64,000 bases of DNA from Squalus acanthias. Taxonomy: Eukaryota. This document shows positions 13,013 to 25,178 of the stretch, piece by piece (the first letter of the stretch is position 1; each line of letters opens with the position of its first letter). The notes below the pieces were generated by a model. It did no database searches. It had not been told where the DNA came from and worked only from the letters and a program-made list of their open reading frames with translations. The stretch is from assembly GCA_030390025.1 (NCBI GenBank), contig CM059432.1, positions 77,626,001-77,690,000 on the forward strand, in the 5' to 3' direction. The translations under genes were made by a program, and so were the position numbers.

Positions 13013-13321
13013 GGAAAATGTTACAAATGTAACAGTTTTTAAGCAAGTGCAGAGGCAGAGGCAGAGAAAGAGGGAGGAGAGGAAAGAACAAAAGGGAAGG
13101 TCTGTGATGAGTGGAAAACAGGAGTGATTAAATGACAAAAGGGTGATGGTGCAAGGCAAAAGGGGGTTGTGATGGAATAAGTAAAGAAACAAAAGATGGA
13201 TCTAGAGGAGCTGAACATGGCAACAGCAGAATCAATACCAGCACCTGCTATCTGAAAAAATGGGAGCAGTGGTTAAGATCTGAAGTTATTGAAATCAGTT
13301 TTGAGTCCGGAAGGTTGTTCT

Positions 13322-13625
13322 TTTTTTATTCATTCACGAATGTGGGCATCGCTGGCAAGGCCAGCGTTTATTGCCCATCCCTAATTGCCCTTGAGAAGGT
13401 GGTGGTGAGCCTCCTTCTTGAACCGCTGCAGTCCGTGTGGTGAAGGTACTCCCACAGTGCTGTTAGGGAGGGAGTTCAAGGATTTTGACCCAGCGACGAT
13501 GAACGAACGACAATATATTTCCAAGTCAGGATGGTGTGTGATATTGGAGGGGAACTTGGAGGTGGTGGTGTTCCCATGTGCCTGCTGCCCTTGTCCTTTT
13601 AGGTGATATAGGTCGTGACTTTGGA
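13322..13625 (-). mobile_element. 3' fragment of the tRNA-headed LINE family
   Basis: Reverse complement of the 5030-5310 3' end (HHHLLKGN* frame). Confidence 0.85.
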
Positions 13626-15399
13626 ACATCCTGAGGTTCTGAAAAGCTCTAAATAAATGCAAGTCTTTCTTTCTTTTTTTCTAATTTAATGTCATTTAAT
13701 CAATCCTGCTTTCCACCCTATCCCAGACCTTCCTATTGTTCTTTCCTCTCTTCTTCCTCCTCCCCTTTCCCTGCCTCTGTACTTGCTTAAAAACTGTTAC
13801 ATCTCTAACTTCTTCCTGCTTCCTGACCTGCTGAGTATTTCCAGCATTTTCTGTTTTTAATTCAGATTTCCAGCATCCGCAGTATTTTGCTTTTTTTGCT
13901 AAGTTAATGGGCTCAGTAACTTAGCAGGCATTAATTTAAATGGAATTGAGTGTTATGAACTTGTAGGTTCTAGATTCCAGGTTAAAAACATTTCCCTGAA
14001 GGTACCTCTGTAAAATTCCCTTTCCAACTACAGTAAGTTACAACACAATGCATCCAGGATGTCTCTTATTGGAAATATGAACTGTTCTGAATTCTCCCAA
14101 TTTGATTTTGATGTACCTGTTCTTTTAAAAAGATGTACATTTGTGTGACTTTTTTAAGAGACAAGGATATGCACAACATAATTTTCTGTTTCCTGTCAAT
14201 CATTACTGAATTGTCTGGTACTGCAACAAAGATTGGTTCACATGTTATTAATAATAATAATAAACTTTTGGTGAATATTGTGCTTAGGAAAGTGAGAATG
14301 TCAGTGTTAGGGAATGGATCATTTCCCCATCTTTGTACTGATGTGCCAGCACCAAGCATTCTCAGGTCACATGTAGCATACTATTAGCTTCCTTGTAAAG
14401 GACCATTCTGTATGATACTCGAAAATGTTAAATTGAACCAGCATATTGTGCACTGTTTTGCATATTATATACTTACTAAAATGATGAAATGTCATGGTAT
14501 GCAGCAGTGTTTTACTAATTGACTGAAAATTCCATCTGTTAAAAATTTGTAATTAAATTAGATATCAAAGGTTGATGACCTCCATACTTTAATATGTAAA
14601 TCATAGATTTCCTTTTAGTTGTATCCTTTAAATTTTTCTGCTTACGCATCAGCGAACACAGTGTTGCAATGTCATACTGATTTCAGAACAATTTTTGTTT
14701 ACAAATTGTTTTCTTCTTAGCAATTGATTGGATTAAAATTGCCTGTGGAAGCACTGTTGAGAAATTCAAAAGTAACCATTACATTTTATGAATATTTAAC
14801 ACTATAGTCATGGCAAATAAGGCAACTAATTAGTGCTTACCATAAATTTGCAAAACATTACTTTATGTAAATTTATTTCAGTTTTGTATGAATTATTCAG
14901 TATGTTATTTTAGATTGCAAATGTAAATCGGTAAATATTAAATTGTAATTGTCTTTATTTGCTTTTCAATGATTTCTGCATTTGATATTGCAAAACAATT
15001 CTTTCTTTGTCATTAACCAATTCCATTCTGATTCTGAAGACATCTCAACCTAGCTTATTAATTTCAGGTTTAATGCCTATATTTAAGCATGAGCAAAATA
15101 CATGTAGAATAGCTTTTAGTAAAAATCAGAACTGTTTTGACTGGACAAATTAATTTTTTTCTCTATGGTTCAAATTAGGCTCAGTTCAGACCAGTTTCAA
15201 TTTTGATGTACCTGCTCCTTTAAATAGATGCAGCTTTTGCATGTTCATTTTTTCCGAAATATAATTTTTTATATATGCTGCCAATCAGTTTTGGTGTGTT
15301 TGAAACTGTATAACAAATATTGGTTCATTTTAATTAATAAACTTTTGGTTAAGTTTGTCCTTATCATATGGATAGAGTTAAGAAAAAGGAAGGGAAATG

Positions 15400-15840
15400 G
15401 TACAATGCTTGAGTACATTGCAAGCTACTAAATAGTGGAGAGGTGATAGAGCAGGAGGTTTGCAAACAATTCAGAGAGTTATGTAAGAAAAACAGAGCAA
15501 TAATATTGGGTGATTTGTATTATCCCAAGATAGACTGAGATAAAGGCACAACATGAGGTTCAAAGGTGAAAGCACTTTTCCTAGATCAGTACGTTCCTCG
15601 TCCGACAAGGAAATAATTAGTTCTGGAAAATGAAATGAAGCAAATAACTAATCTGCGAGTAGAACAACTAGTAGATACTAATGGCAACAGAGAAGTCAGA
15701 GAGGAGATCGCAGAGGGTCTGATCACAATTTTTCAATCCTCCTCAGACATGGAAATCATACCAGAGGACTAAGAGCAGCCAATGTAGCAGTACTGTTCAA
15801 GAAAGAAGGGAAGGTTGAAATGGGTGACTATAGAGCAGGT
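15400..15840 (+). mobile_element. Old degenerate CR1 ORF2 fragment
   Basis: Degenerate EN motif (ATATTGGGTGATTTG) and RT motif (GCCAATGTAGCAGTACTGTTCAAGAAAG). Confidence 0.6.
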
Positions 15841-15887
15841 ACAGGTGGATGTCATTTGATCCCGCTGGTTTTTTCACCTTAAGGCTC

Positions 15888-16470
15888 AGTGTCAGCTGTG
15901 GCTCAGTGGGTAGCACTCTCGCCTCTGAGTTAGACGGTTGTGGGTTCAAGTCCCACTCCAGGGACTTGAGCACATAAATCTAGGCTGACACTCCAGTGCA
16001 GTGCTGAGGGAGTGCTGCACTGTTGGAGGTGCTGTCTTTCGGATGAGATGTTAAACCGTCTGCTCTCTCAGGTGGACGTAAAAGATCCCATAGCACTATT
16101 TCGAAGAAGAGCAGGGGAGTTATCCCCGGTGTCCTGGCTAATAGAGGGTTATGCTGATAGAGTTAGGTGAGGAAAGACGAGAGGAGGCTCGTGTGGAGCA
16201 TAAACACCGGCATGGACTGGTTGGGCCAAATGGCCTGTTTCTGTGCTGTATATCCTATGTAATCCTATGTAATATTTATCCCTCAATCAACATAACAAAA
16301 AGAAAGGTGATTATCACATTGCTGTTTGTGGGAGCTTGCTGTGCGCAAATTGGCTGCCGCGTTTCCCACATTACAACAATGACTACACTTCAAAAGTACT
16401 TCATTGGCTGTAAAGCACTTTGAGACGTCTGGTGGTCATGAAAGGCGCTATATAAATGCAAGTCTTTCTT
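15888..16470 (+). mobile_element. tRNA-derived Deu-domain SINE (SacSINE1-like)
   Basis: Head TGGCTCAGTGGGTAGC...GGTTCAAGTCCC; Deu core GTCTTTCGGATGAGA...GACGTAAAAGATCCCA; L2-like tail AAAGGCGCTATATAAATGCAAG. Confidence 0.85.
16144..16270 (+). mobile_element. CR1 3' tail inserted in the SINE
   Basis: GGGCCAAATGGCCTGTTTCTGTGCTGT plus TCCTATGTAA repeats; TAATA on both flanks. Confidence 0.75.
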
Positions 16471-17182
16471 TAAGTTCTATTTATTTTTCAGAAATTTTTT
16501 CAGAAAGATTTCCTTTTCTGCAGTTAAATCTAAGAATTAATCCACATCCTCATCTATTACACCTACTTATAGCTGGTTTGTACTTGGGCATAGAGATCTG
16601 ATATTGAAATTGCTGATGACACAAAAGTAGGGGGTTCAGCAACCAATGAGGCAGACTGTAGGAGGAATAAGGAGGCCACCAATGCTCCTTCAGGCACTAA
16701 ACAGCCTTTAAGATGGGGTCTTGAGCTGGAACACTGGTTTAGCCCGCATTTAGCGCAAGACGCCACCTTGGTAAAGGAGTTAAAGCTTACGCTAGGAGCG
16801 GCCGCGTAGAGGATCGTTAAGGGGCTGTTTGCAACTTAAATTGCCTGCTAGCACGCATTAAGGAGGCTGCACGGCATTTTGGTGGATAGCGTTTGACCAA
16901 ACACCCTCTCCTAACAGCGACCAACTGATTGGGAGTAAACAAGTCGTTGCTGAGGATTTCGAGCGTTACTTAAAGGTATATCACCGTTTACTGTTCACTT
17001 GCAGCTGGAGGTTTGAAGAGGATTTTTGCAACACATTGAGACACATTCTGGGACACTTTGTCAAGACTTCACCAACACTATCAACAGTTATTCCAGAAAT
17101 TCTCTGAGGACTTCACCTAAAAAGAGTGAATGCTGTGCAACTCTACCTTATTGGACACCTTATAGGAGTCACCAGGAGAAAA

Positions 17183-20100
17183 GGGCACAAAATTGGGCTC
17201 GGTAGTGCCCGTTTGGCCACTGCAGGTGCCGTTTGGGGACCTAAATGGCATCCAATGCGCATGCACACACTTCTGCTGCGAAATGCGCCGGATGCCTTAT
17301 TGGTGAAGGCATTAACACGTGCGCAGCTACCGTCCGCTGGAAGTATGCGGAGCAGATCATGACGTCAACCAGCTTAACCTTGCATGGCTGAACATGCGTT
17401 AAGCAGCAGGAAAGATCCCCCACCAGCGATATTTAAAGGGATCATCAACTACTTGCAGGTTAGTTGCTGGTTGATTTCTCCTGGCCGTTGCTATGGTTCT
17501 ACAAGTGTTAAGTGTTTCCATAGTTGTTTCAAGTTGCAAAAGTTGACAGGGGGTGGTGTGGCAGGTGCTGAAGAACTTTTTCCTAACTTCAAGGCTTCTG
17601 CACAAACCAGCTGCTGCCAGACATTGCTGCATTAGTCGGCCTTCCCCTTAGAATAGAGCATGACTGGAAGAATGAGCAGAGCTGCTGGAAGAGGGAGGAG
17701 GAGGAGGAGGGGCAGGAGGGGGAGGAGGAAGGGGAGCAAGAGGAAGAGGAGGAAGAGGAAGGGAGGCGGCAACCTAGACAACCCCTTTCTGCCCGGGCTG
17801 TATGTTAAGAACTGCTTCGAGTGAAATACCAGTAGTCGCAACCCCAATTCCCCACTCACCAACATCCCACACCTTACCTTCCCTCTGTTACTGACCAACA
17901 CATCATCGTCTTGACCACAATGCAAAAATAAAAGCCAACACAAATTAAACATTGCAAACCAAATTTATAATTCAAATCATGCCATATTGCATACAAATGT
18001 AAACTAATCACCCTTCTGCATTCCCTTAGTGCCTTACTTCCATGTGCCTTTGCCTGTTCTAGTGCTCCTACACAGTGCTACCCCAGTGGCTGCTGCATGG
18101 CTGGTGGAAGGATGCTGAATTTCAATGGAGGAGACTGCAGATGGCCTTAGAGGACAACCTTGAGTAGCTCTGGGCCTAGAAGGCTCGGCTTCAGACTGCA
18201 CCATCTCGGCATGGGTGGCAACAGTCTGGGCTGGCTGACAGGCAACAGCAAGGGCACTGGCGGAGTGGCTGGGGTGGAAGGAAGAATGCTGTCATCCTGA
18301 GAGAGGGCAGCAGGTTCATACTCCATTGAGCCACTGCAACTCCCCCAGGGCAGTGCATCAGAAATCCTAGCAATCTGTTGGATGAAACATTGCTGGACTG
18401 CTGTGACACCCTGCAAGCCCCTTTGAACACTGGTATCTGCAGCCTTGATGGCAGCAGTCTGAGCTGGGATCGCAGCAAGCTGAGCATGCATGACTTCAGT
18501 CTGAGTTCCCACTGCAACACTCCGACCTCTGGTGGAAGCTACTTGTTCTACAATAGAAGCTGAGACATCGGTCATCAGATGCTGCATCATGGTTGGGTCC
18601 ACAAGTGTGCTAGTGGAGTTGGCCACCACTCCCATGCTGGAAAGGATCGGGTCCAAGCTCTGCGCAAAGCCCTGTGCCAAGTTGGTGCCGGACTCCTCCA
18701 TGCTCCTTGACATTGAACGCAAGCTTTCTGGCAGGCTTCCCAATGTACCAAGCATTTCATTGTGCATACCCATCAGCCTTCTTCTGTAGCCCACTCCATC
18801 GAAGTGCTCATCTGCAGCAGAACTCGAGTGCAACCTCGTCCTCCGGCGAGCTGGAACCCACGCTATCCTTTCCCCTGCCCTGGCTGCAGGCCATTCATGC
18901 CCAGTGTCTCACCACGTGCAGATCCCGCCTCTATGCTATTCTCTAAATTATGCGGAGTGTCAGTATCTAAGCTGGTGGCTGCAAGTGTGAAATTGAGTGA
19001 CGGTGTGTCTTCATCATCACTGCCTTCTTGCTGTTCCTCCACTGCCTGGCCAGGTTGCACTTCTTGGGTATCTGAAAGGAGAAAGGCACAAGGGTAAGGT
19101 TGTGGTGAGGGGAAGTTGGGGAAAGTAAGAGGTGCATTTGCAGCTTGTAATTCAAAAGAGATTGTGAGATGAGGAGGAAGTGGGATGTGAGAAGGAGGAT
19201 TAGATATGAGGATACCATCATCTTCAATTGATTCAGCCCCGCCACTGGCCATAGGCTCACCAAATGCCATTCCAATAATGGCCAGCACCCTCTCCTCCAT
19301 GGGGGTTAGGACATACAGGCATGCCTGTCCCGCTTTAGTTAGCTCCTGTTGCCTCTGGTTGTGCACCATCTTGTCATGCAAAAGAGAAGGAAGTGTGTCA
19401 GTGAGTGTCGTGCAATCTGTTTGGGTGATGAGGCTGACATGGTTGAATAGCTGGCAGTGTGTGCAAGCTGTGAGATGTGGGTGTGAAGATTGCAGCAGTG
19501 CTAAGTGTGTGAGGGTGCAGTGGAGCATATAAATTTTAGGTATGAGTCCTGATTGATAGAGATTGTTGGTAGGTGAGTGATGGGGGTGTGGTGCATTGAG
19601 CAGTGTGTCAGGCTAGTGGTGCAGTTGGTGGGATATGACATTTGAGGATACATTCACTGACCATGACCACTTGTGTGAGGTCATTCAACTTCTTGCAGCA
19701 CTGCATCCAGGTCCGCGGGGCTAGACTCCTGGCATTGACCTCCATGGCTTACTGCACCCACAGCCTTTTCAGTGTGCATCTGGAGGGCCTCCTGGCCCCC
19801 TGCAGATACAAGACATCTCTCCTATCTTCCACCTCCTCCACTAAGGCCTCCAGTGCAGCATCCGAAAACCTTGGAACCCGTTCTCTTCCATGTTGTGCCA
19901 TTCTTCACTGTTTCCCAGGTCAGATTCACTTCCTGCATGACTGCCAACACCCGCTCCAGCCACAATGCACCTCCCCTTTAAGAGGGGCAGGCTAGCTTTC
20001 AGCAGTGCAAGCTAGCTTTAAGAAGTGCTAGGAAGTTACGATTTTGGCCACCTGCTGATGCGTGCAGTGAATGAATGCAGCTGGCTGCACGCAATAATCA

Positions 20101-20199
20101 TTCTAATGAGCAGGCAGCACGAAGTGTGCATTTTAATCAAGGGTTAATCGACATCACGATCCCCATGCCCGTTTTCAGGGGCTATCCAATTTAGCCCGC
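17183..20199. mobile_element. Harbinger derivative carrying a Myb/SANT gene, transposase deleted
   Basis: Imperfect TIRs GGGCACAAAATTGG / CCAATTTAGCCCGC; homologous to 54886-57130. Confidence 0.8.
18004..19901 (-). pseudogene. Harbinger Myb/SANT-like DNA-binding protein gene, 3 exons (19901-19662, 19375-19216, 19071-18004)
   Basis: MAQHGRERVPRFSDAALEALVEEV...W...RTWMQCCKKLNDL; GT donors; exon-3 acceptor CTTTCTCCTTTCAG; exon-2 acceptor reads GCAT; premature stops and frameshifts. Confidence 0.8.
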
Positions 20200-20699
20200 A
20201 GGGAGTGCTTGGTCATAAGCATCTTGGTCTGCAGGAGCAATGGGAGGAGGACATGAAGCCAAGCAGAGCAGCACCAGCTGTTGCAGGAGAGAGAGACAGG
20301 AGGGCGAGGTGGACTCCTTCCCCCCTGTGGGTACAGGATATCTCTCCTCCTCTGTATCTGCTCCATCAGGACCTCCAGTGCCACGTCCGAGAACTTGTGT
20401 GCCCTCTCACTCGGTCTCTGAGCCATCCTGTACCAGCCAGAGTATTCCACACCTTCAGTGGAAGTGGGTGCGTGGAGCCCACATATACTGCTCTATGAAA
20501 ATTGCGTCCAATCAGCACTTGAGGGCTAAACCTGCAGGTGTCTGTTTCAGCACCTCAAAGCAAGTTCAAATTATGGTAATCAGCAATTAGGAGCAAAATT
20601 CCGTGCTAAAACCAGACTCTCAAACAGGCATGTCTTATTAGCACAGCACCCATTTAGCGACTGTTTTCACCCTTTCACCAAATAACCCCCTATAACTGG

Positions 20700-21420
20700 G
20701 GTAGAAGCGCAAAGGGATCTAGGGTTACAGATACACAAATCATTAAAAGTAGCAGGTTAATAAGGCCAAAAAACATGCAAACAAAGCACTGGGGTTCATT
20801 TCTAGTGAAATAGAATTCAAAAGAAGAAAAGTTATGTTAAACTTATATAGAACTTTATTTAGACCATATTTAGAGTACTGTGCACAGTTCTGGTCTCCAT
20901 ATTACAAAAAGGCTGTAGAAGCACTGTAGAAAGTGCAAAAAGATTTACAAGGATGATACCAGAACTGAGAAGGTGCAACAATCAAGAAAACTGAACAGGC
21001 TATGGCTCTTTTGTCTACAAAAGAGAAGACTGAGGGGTGACCTGATAGAGGTCTTTAAAATATGAAGGTGTTCGATAGGGTAGACGTAGAGAAGATGTTT
21101 CCACTTGTGCAGGAGTCCAGAACTAGGGGCCATGAATATAAGATAGTCACTAATAAACCAAGAAGAAATTTAAGAGAAACTTCTTTACTTAGAGAGTGGT
21201 GAGCATGTGGAACTCACTACCACATGGTGTGGTTGGGTGAATAGCATAGATGCATTTAAGGGGAAGCTAGATAAGTCCAAGAGGGAGAAAGGAATAGTCA
21301 ATAGGGTGAGATGGGTTAAATAAAGTGGGAGGAGCTTCATGTGGAGCATAAACACCGGTGTAGACCTGTTGGGGCGAATGGCCTGTTTCTGTGCTGTAAA
21401 TTCTATGTAATTCTATGTAA
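20700..21420 (+). mobile_element. CR1 3' fragment
   Basis: LEYCAQFWSPYYKK-type coding remnant and AATTCTATGT tail. Confidence 0.85.
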
Positions 21421-21619
21421 AAAGACTTCAGGATAATTTAGACAGGTGAGTAAAATGAGCAGACAGGTGGCAAATGAAATTTAATGCAGAGAAGTGTGAG
21501 GTAATACATTCTGGGAAGAAAACAAGGAATATGAATATAAACTTAATGGCAAAATGCTGAAGGAGGAATAGAGATACCCAGGGGTTTAAAAATATTATTC
21601 ATTGAAAGTGTGAATGTCT

Positions 21620-22330
21620 TAGAATCATAGAAATTTACGGCATCGTGTCTCTGCCAGCCAAAAGAGTTATCCAGTCTAATCCCACTTTCCAGCTCTTGGT
21701 CCATAGCCTTGTAGATTACGGCACTTCAAGTCCATATCCAAGAACTTTTTAAATGCAATGAGGGTTTTTGCCTCTACCACCCTCTGGGTGAAAAAAGTTC
21801 TCCTCAACTCCCCTCTAATCCTTCTACCAATTACTTTAAATCTATGCCCCCTGGTTATTGACATCTCTGCTGGGGAAATAGGTCCTTCCTAGGCACCTCA
21901 TAATTTTATACACCTCAATCAAGTCTCCCCTCAGCCTCCTCTGTTCCAAAGAAAACAACCCCAGCCTATCCAATCTTTCCTCATAGCTAAAATTCTCCAG
22001 TCCTGGCAACATCCTCGTAAATCTCCTCTGTACCCTCTCTAGTGCAATCACATCTTTCCTGTAATGTGGTGACCAGAACTGTACGCAGTACTCTAGCTGT
22101 GGCCTAACTAGTGTTTTATACAGTTCAAGCATAACCTGCCTGCTCTTATATTCTATGCCTCAACTAATAAAGGAAAGTATCCTGTTTGCCTTCTTAACCA
22201 CCTTATCTACCTGTCCTGCTACCTTCAGGGATCTGTGGACATGCACTCCAAGGTCCCTCTGTTCCTCTACACTTCTCAGTATCCTACCATTTATTTTATA
22301 TTCCCTTGCCTTGTTAGCCCTCCCCAAATG
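21620..22330 (-). mobile_element. CR1 3' fragment nested in an older plus-strand CR1 (21420-22920)
   Basis: ORF 21842-22132 LYKTLVRPQLEYCVQFWSPHYRKD; tail at 21620. Confidence 0.85.
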
Positions 22331-22620
22331 TAGGTAAGTAAAGCCATAAAAAGGACAATGGTATTTTGGGTTTTATAAATAGAGGCATAGAATACAAGAG
22401 CAAAGAGGTTCTGATAAATTAGTAAAAGGCAATGGTTAGGCTACAGTTAGAGTACTGCATGCAGTTTTGGGTGCCCATTATAGAAAGGACATTAAAGCCA
22501 TAGAGAGCATACAGCATAGATTCATCAGGATGATACCAGAGAAAAGAAACTTTAATTATGAGGAGAGATGTAAGAAACTGGAAATACTTCCACTGGAATA
22601 AAATTGTGACGGGTTTTGAT

Positions 22621-22767
22621 CAACATTCCCCCTAAGCTGTGCAGGTGCATGGCCGCTCATCGATTGGAAGGTCCCGCGTAGGCTGCTAACCAACTGTTGA
22701 CGCTGGTGAGCTGCCCGCGCAACAAATATAAAGGGGCCGTGCATGAAAAAAAATCGTGGGAACATTG
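22621..22767. mobile_element. hAT-type MITE (147 bp)
   Basis: TIR CAACATTCCC / GGGAACATTG; exact 8-bp TSD GTTTTGAT (22613-22620, 22768-22775). Confidence 0.8.
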
Positions 22768-24111
22768 GTTTTGATAGAGTGACTAGGAAAAGACTACTTC
22801 CTTCAGTTGGTGAGATCAGTGACAAATGGTCATAAATTTAAAATTGTCACTAAGAGAGTGAGAGGAGACATCAGGAGAAGTTTCTTTACGCAGAAAGCTG
22901 TTGCAGCATGGAATGCTTTGATGACCATTAATTTACCTTTTCAGCCCTTTTCTGCTGCTTCTTGATGCCCATATGTGTTGGTAAGTCCTGCACCAGGTGC
23001 CAACCTTGCTGAAAACATGTTAAAATATCGTTGGAGTGTGAATGACATCATCAGACACTGAATTTTGCATTTCAATGAAGCTCTTGCCTGCCTGAGGTGA
23101 GGGCCTGAGGTGAGGGCCTGAGACACTGCCTGAATCATGGCGGTAAAAATGGTGAGTGGTGCGAACGAAGTGAGAACATGGCGAGTGTCATGCTGTCGCA
23201 ATTTTAAGCCTCCGCACAGCCCATTCTCGTAGGGCTCAGGGGCGAGGGGGTTAAAATCGAGGCAGTTTCTATATATAGTTTCTATAATTGAAGTTTAACC
23301 AACAACTGTCGCAACTTACCTTTAATGGCTTCATTCTTAGTCCTGCTTTATTATCATTCTTAGCCTTCCTATCTCCATGGACCTAAAATGGAATGCCCAT
23401 ATATTCTCTATTGCTAAAGCTGGCTCTAAGAAGCTTGGCTTCCTCTTTCATGCCAAGCATGTCTTTCTCCCTGAAAAATTCTCTTTTTTTGCCAATTTTC
23501 TCCTCCAGTTTCCTCTCCTCCTCTCTTGAAAGCATTGAGTACTGAGCATGGACACCAGTCTCCCTCCAGCACCTCAACAAAGTAGTCATAATTCACGTGT
23601 GAGTCCTGACAGTGAATAGTAGTTTGCTATTAGCAGCAGGAAGCACCCTGTCCCTATCCATAAATGTGCAGTTCCAGCAGAGATCATTGAATAATGTACA
23701 GGAGTGGAAAATCTGTCTGATTTTTCCCTCCCTATCTCAGGGCCACTGACGTCAACTATAGCACCCATACTGCCACACCAGCTAAAATCGAGTTATGTAT
23801 CACAGAGCAGGGATCAAACTTGGTACCTTCATGAACAACCCTTAACTCTTTATAAAGATCAAGTCTATACAAGACCATAGACTTCTCCCTCTCTCTTTAT
23901 TTTGCATTTTTTTGGATGGGATTGTAGCAATAAGCCACAACATCCCATTTTACTTATTTTTCCCCACAATACTGCCTGAAAATGGTTTCAGGAAGGAAAG
24001 TCCGACCCAAAACTCAATGCATAACCTCCTGGTTATTCTGTACCTCAAATCAAATCTGTGAAACTCCTTACCTTGCTTTATCATTCCAACCTCCTATAAT
24101 CTCAAGGCTTT

Positions 24112-24278
24112 TAAAATCCTGGAATTCCCTACCTAACAGCACTGTGGGAAGTCCTTCACCTCACAAACTGCAGCGGTTCAAGGAGGCAGCTCACCACCAC
24201 CTTCTCAAGGGCAATTAGGGATGGGCAATAAATGCTGGCCTTGCCAGCAATGCGCACATCCCATGAATGATTAAAAAA
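24112..24278 (+). mobile_element. 3' fragment of the tRNA-headed LINE family
   Basis: KSWNSLPNSTVG...HHHLLKGN* and the shared 3' end. Confidence 0.85.
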
Positions 24279-24410
24279 ATCCAAGCTTAGCACCTAATCA
24301 CTCTTTCCTAATTTATTTGATATCTTTAACACTTTGCATTACTTGTAATATTTATCTTGGCGCTTCAGCTTGATTTCTCAATAAAACAAAAAAAAATCAG
24401 CTGACACACA

Positions 24411-25009
24411 GGTCAGAATTTTGTGGTTATTTTTGATTAGGCGGAACTCCAGCGCACGGGGCTTCTGCGCACCATAGACATGTGACCTTGAGCCCAGCCA
24501 AATTTTCAGCCCCAGGATGATTTACATACTGGAGGTCAGCTCCATGACTTCCATCGAAGCATCACACTGAAACTGGTTAAAAATTCCATCAGCACACCTC
24601 AAAGGCCGGCCTCAGCAAGACAATGTCATCAGCCTCCAAGCAGCTGGTGAAACAGTAAAGAACTTTTAAAAAAATGTCACCCTCCTCTTCAGCTTGCGCG
24701 AGGCCATAAACTGTGAGAGTTTTCTCAGACCCTTGCTGCCAAAAACATGAAGTGGCTCCCTGCACCAACCTCAGAACACTGGATGCCTGGGCCTGAACAG
24801 GTGGCCCTTGCATCTGGCATTGAAATGACATTAATGCCAAGAAATGCATTGAGGGATGTATTTTCCTCATTTGCTGATTTAAGATGAGCCACCACAGGCT
24901 CAACCACTGGGAAATGAGAGAACGCGCACAAAGGCAGACATGCAGCAAAGTATGACCATGAGCAATTGTTCACTCTCATCTGCTCCAAATCCGCCAGGAA
25001 ATCTAGGCC
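24411..25009. mobile_element. Old Harbinger-type MITE
   Basis: Imperfect TIRs GGTCAGAATTT / AAATCTAGGCC; flanks ACA/AAA. Confidence 0.5.
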
Positions 25010-25178
25010 AAATTGTCAAGGCTCATACATAGAGAATGGTCATTCAGACTTGGTAGTAACGAGTGCATGTAGATCCTGCACCAGCTGGAGGCAGTGCCTT
25101 CAAGAGACAAGGGGAGAAAATTGAACAAAAAGAAAACACAGAACTGGATTTTGTGAGTCTGAATAAAAAAAATTAAGC

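Larger units (their letters stand above)
12918..13898. mobile_element. Penelope-like element with inverted pLTR structure
   Basis: Minus pLTR 12918-13320 and plus pLTR ~13690-13898; TSD CTATGTTAAT/CTAAGTTAAT (12908-12917, 13899-13908). Confidence 0.8.
16690..20690. mobile_element. Outer Harbinger-type non-autonomous element (interrupted at 17183-20199)
   Basis: Myb/SANT exon-1 remnant on minus strand at 20300-20430 (MAQRPSERAHKFSDVALEVLMEQIQRRRDILYP); right end AAATAACCCCC; left end approximate. Confidence 0.55.

Noticed and set aside
15895..15960. tRNA genes (also 26260-26329, 42988-43050, 48431-48520)
   Set aside because: These are SINE/LINE heads that continue into element bodies; no complete cloverleaf is supported.
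18004..19901. Domesticated host MSANTD-type gene
   Set aside because: Multiple copies within TIR-bounded elements, with stops, frameshifts and a mutated acceptor.
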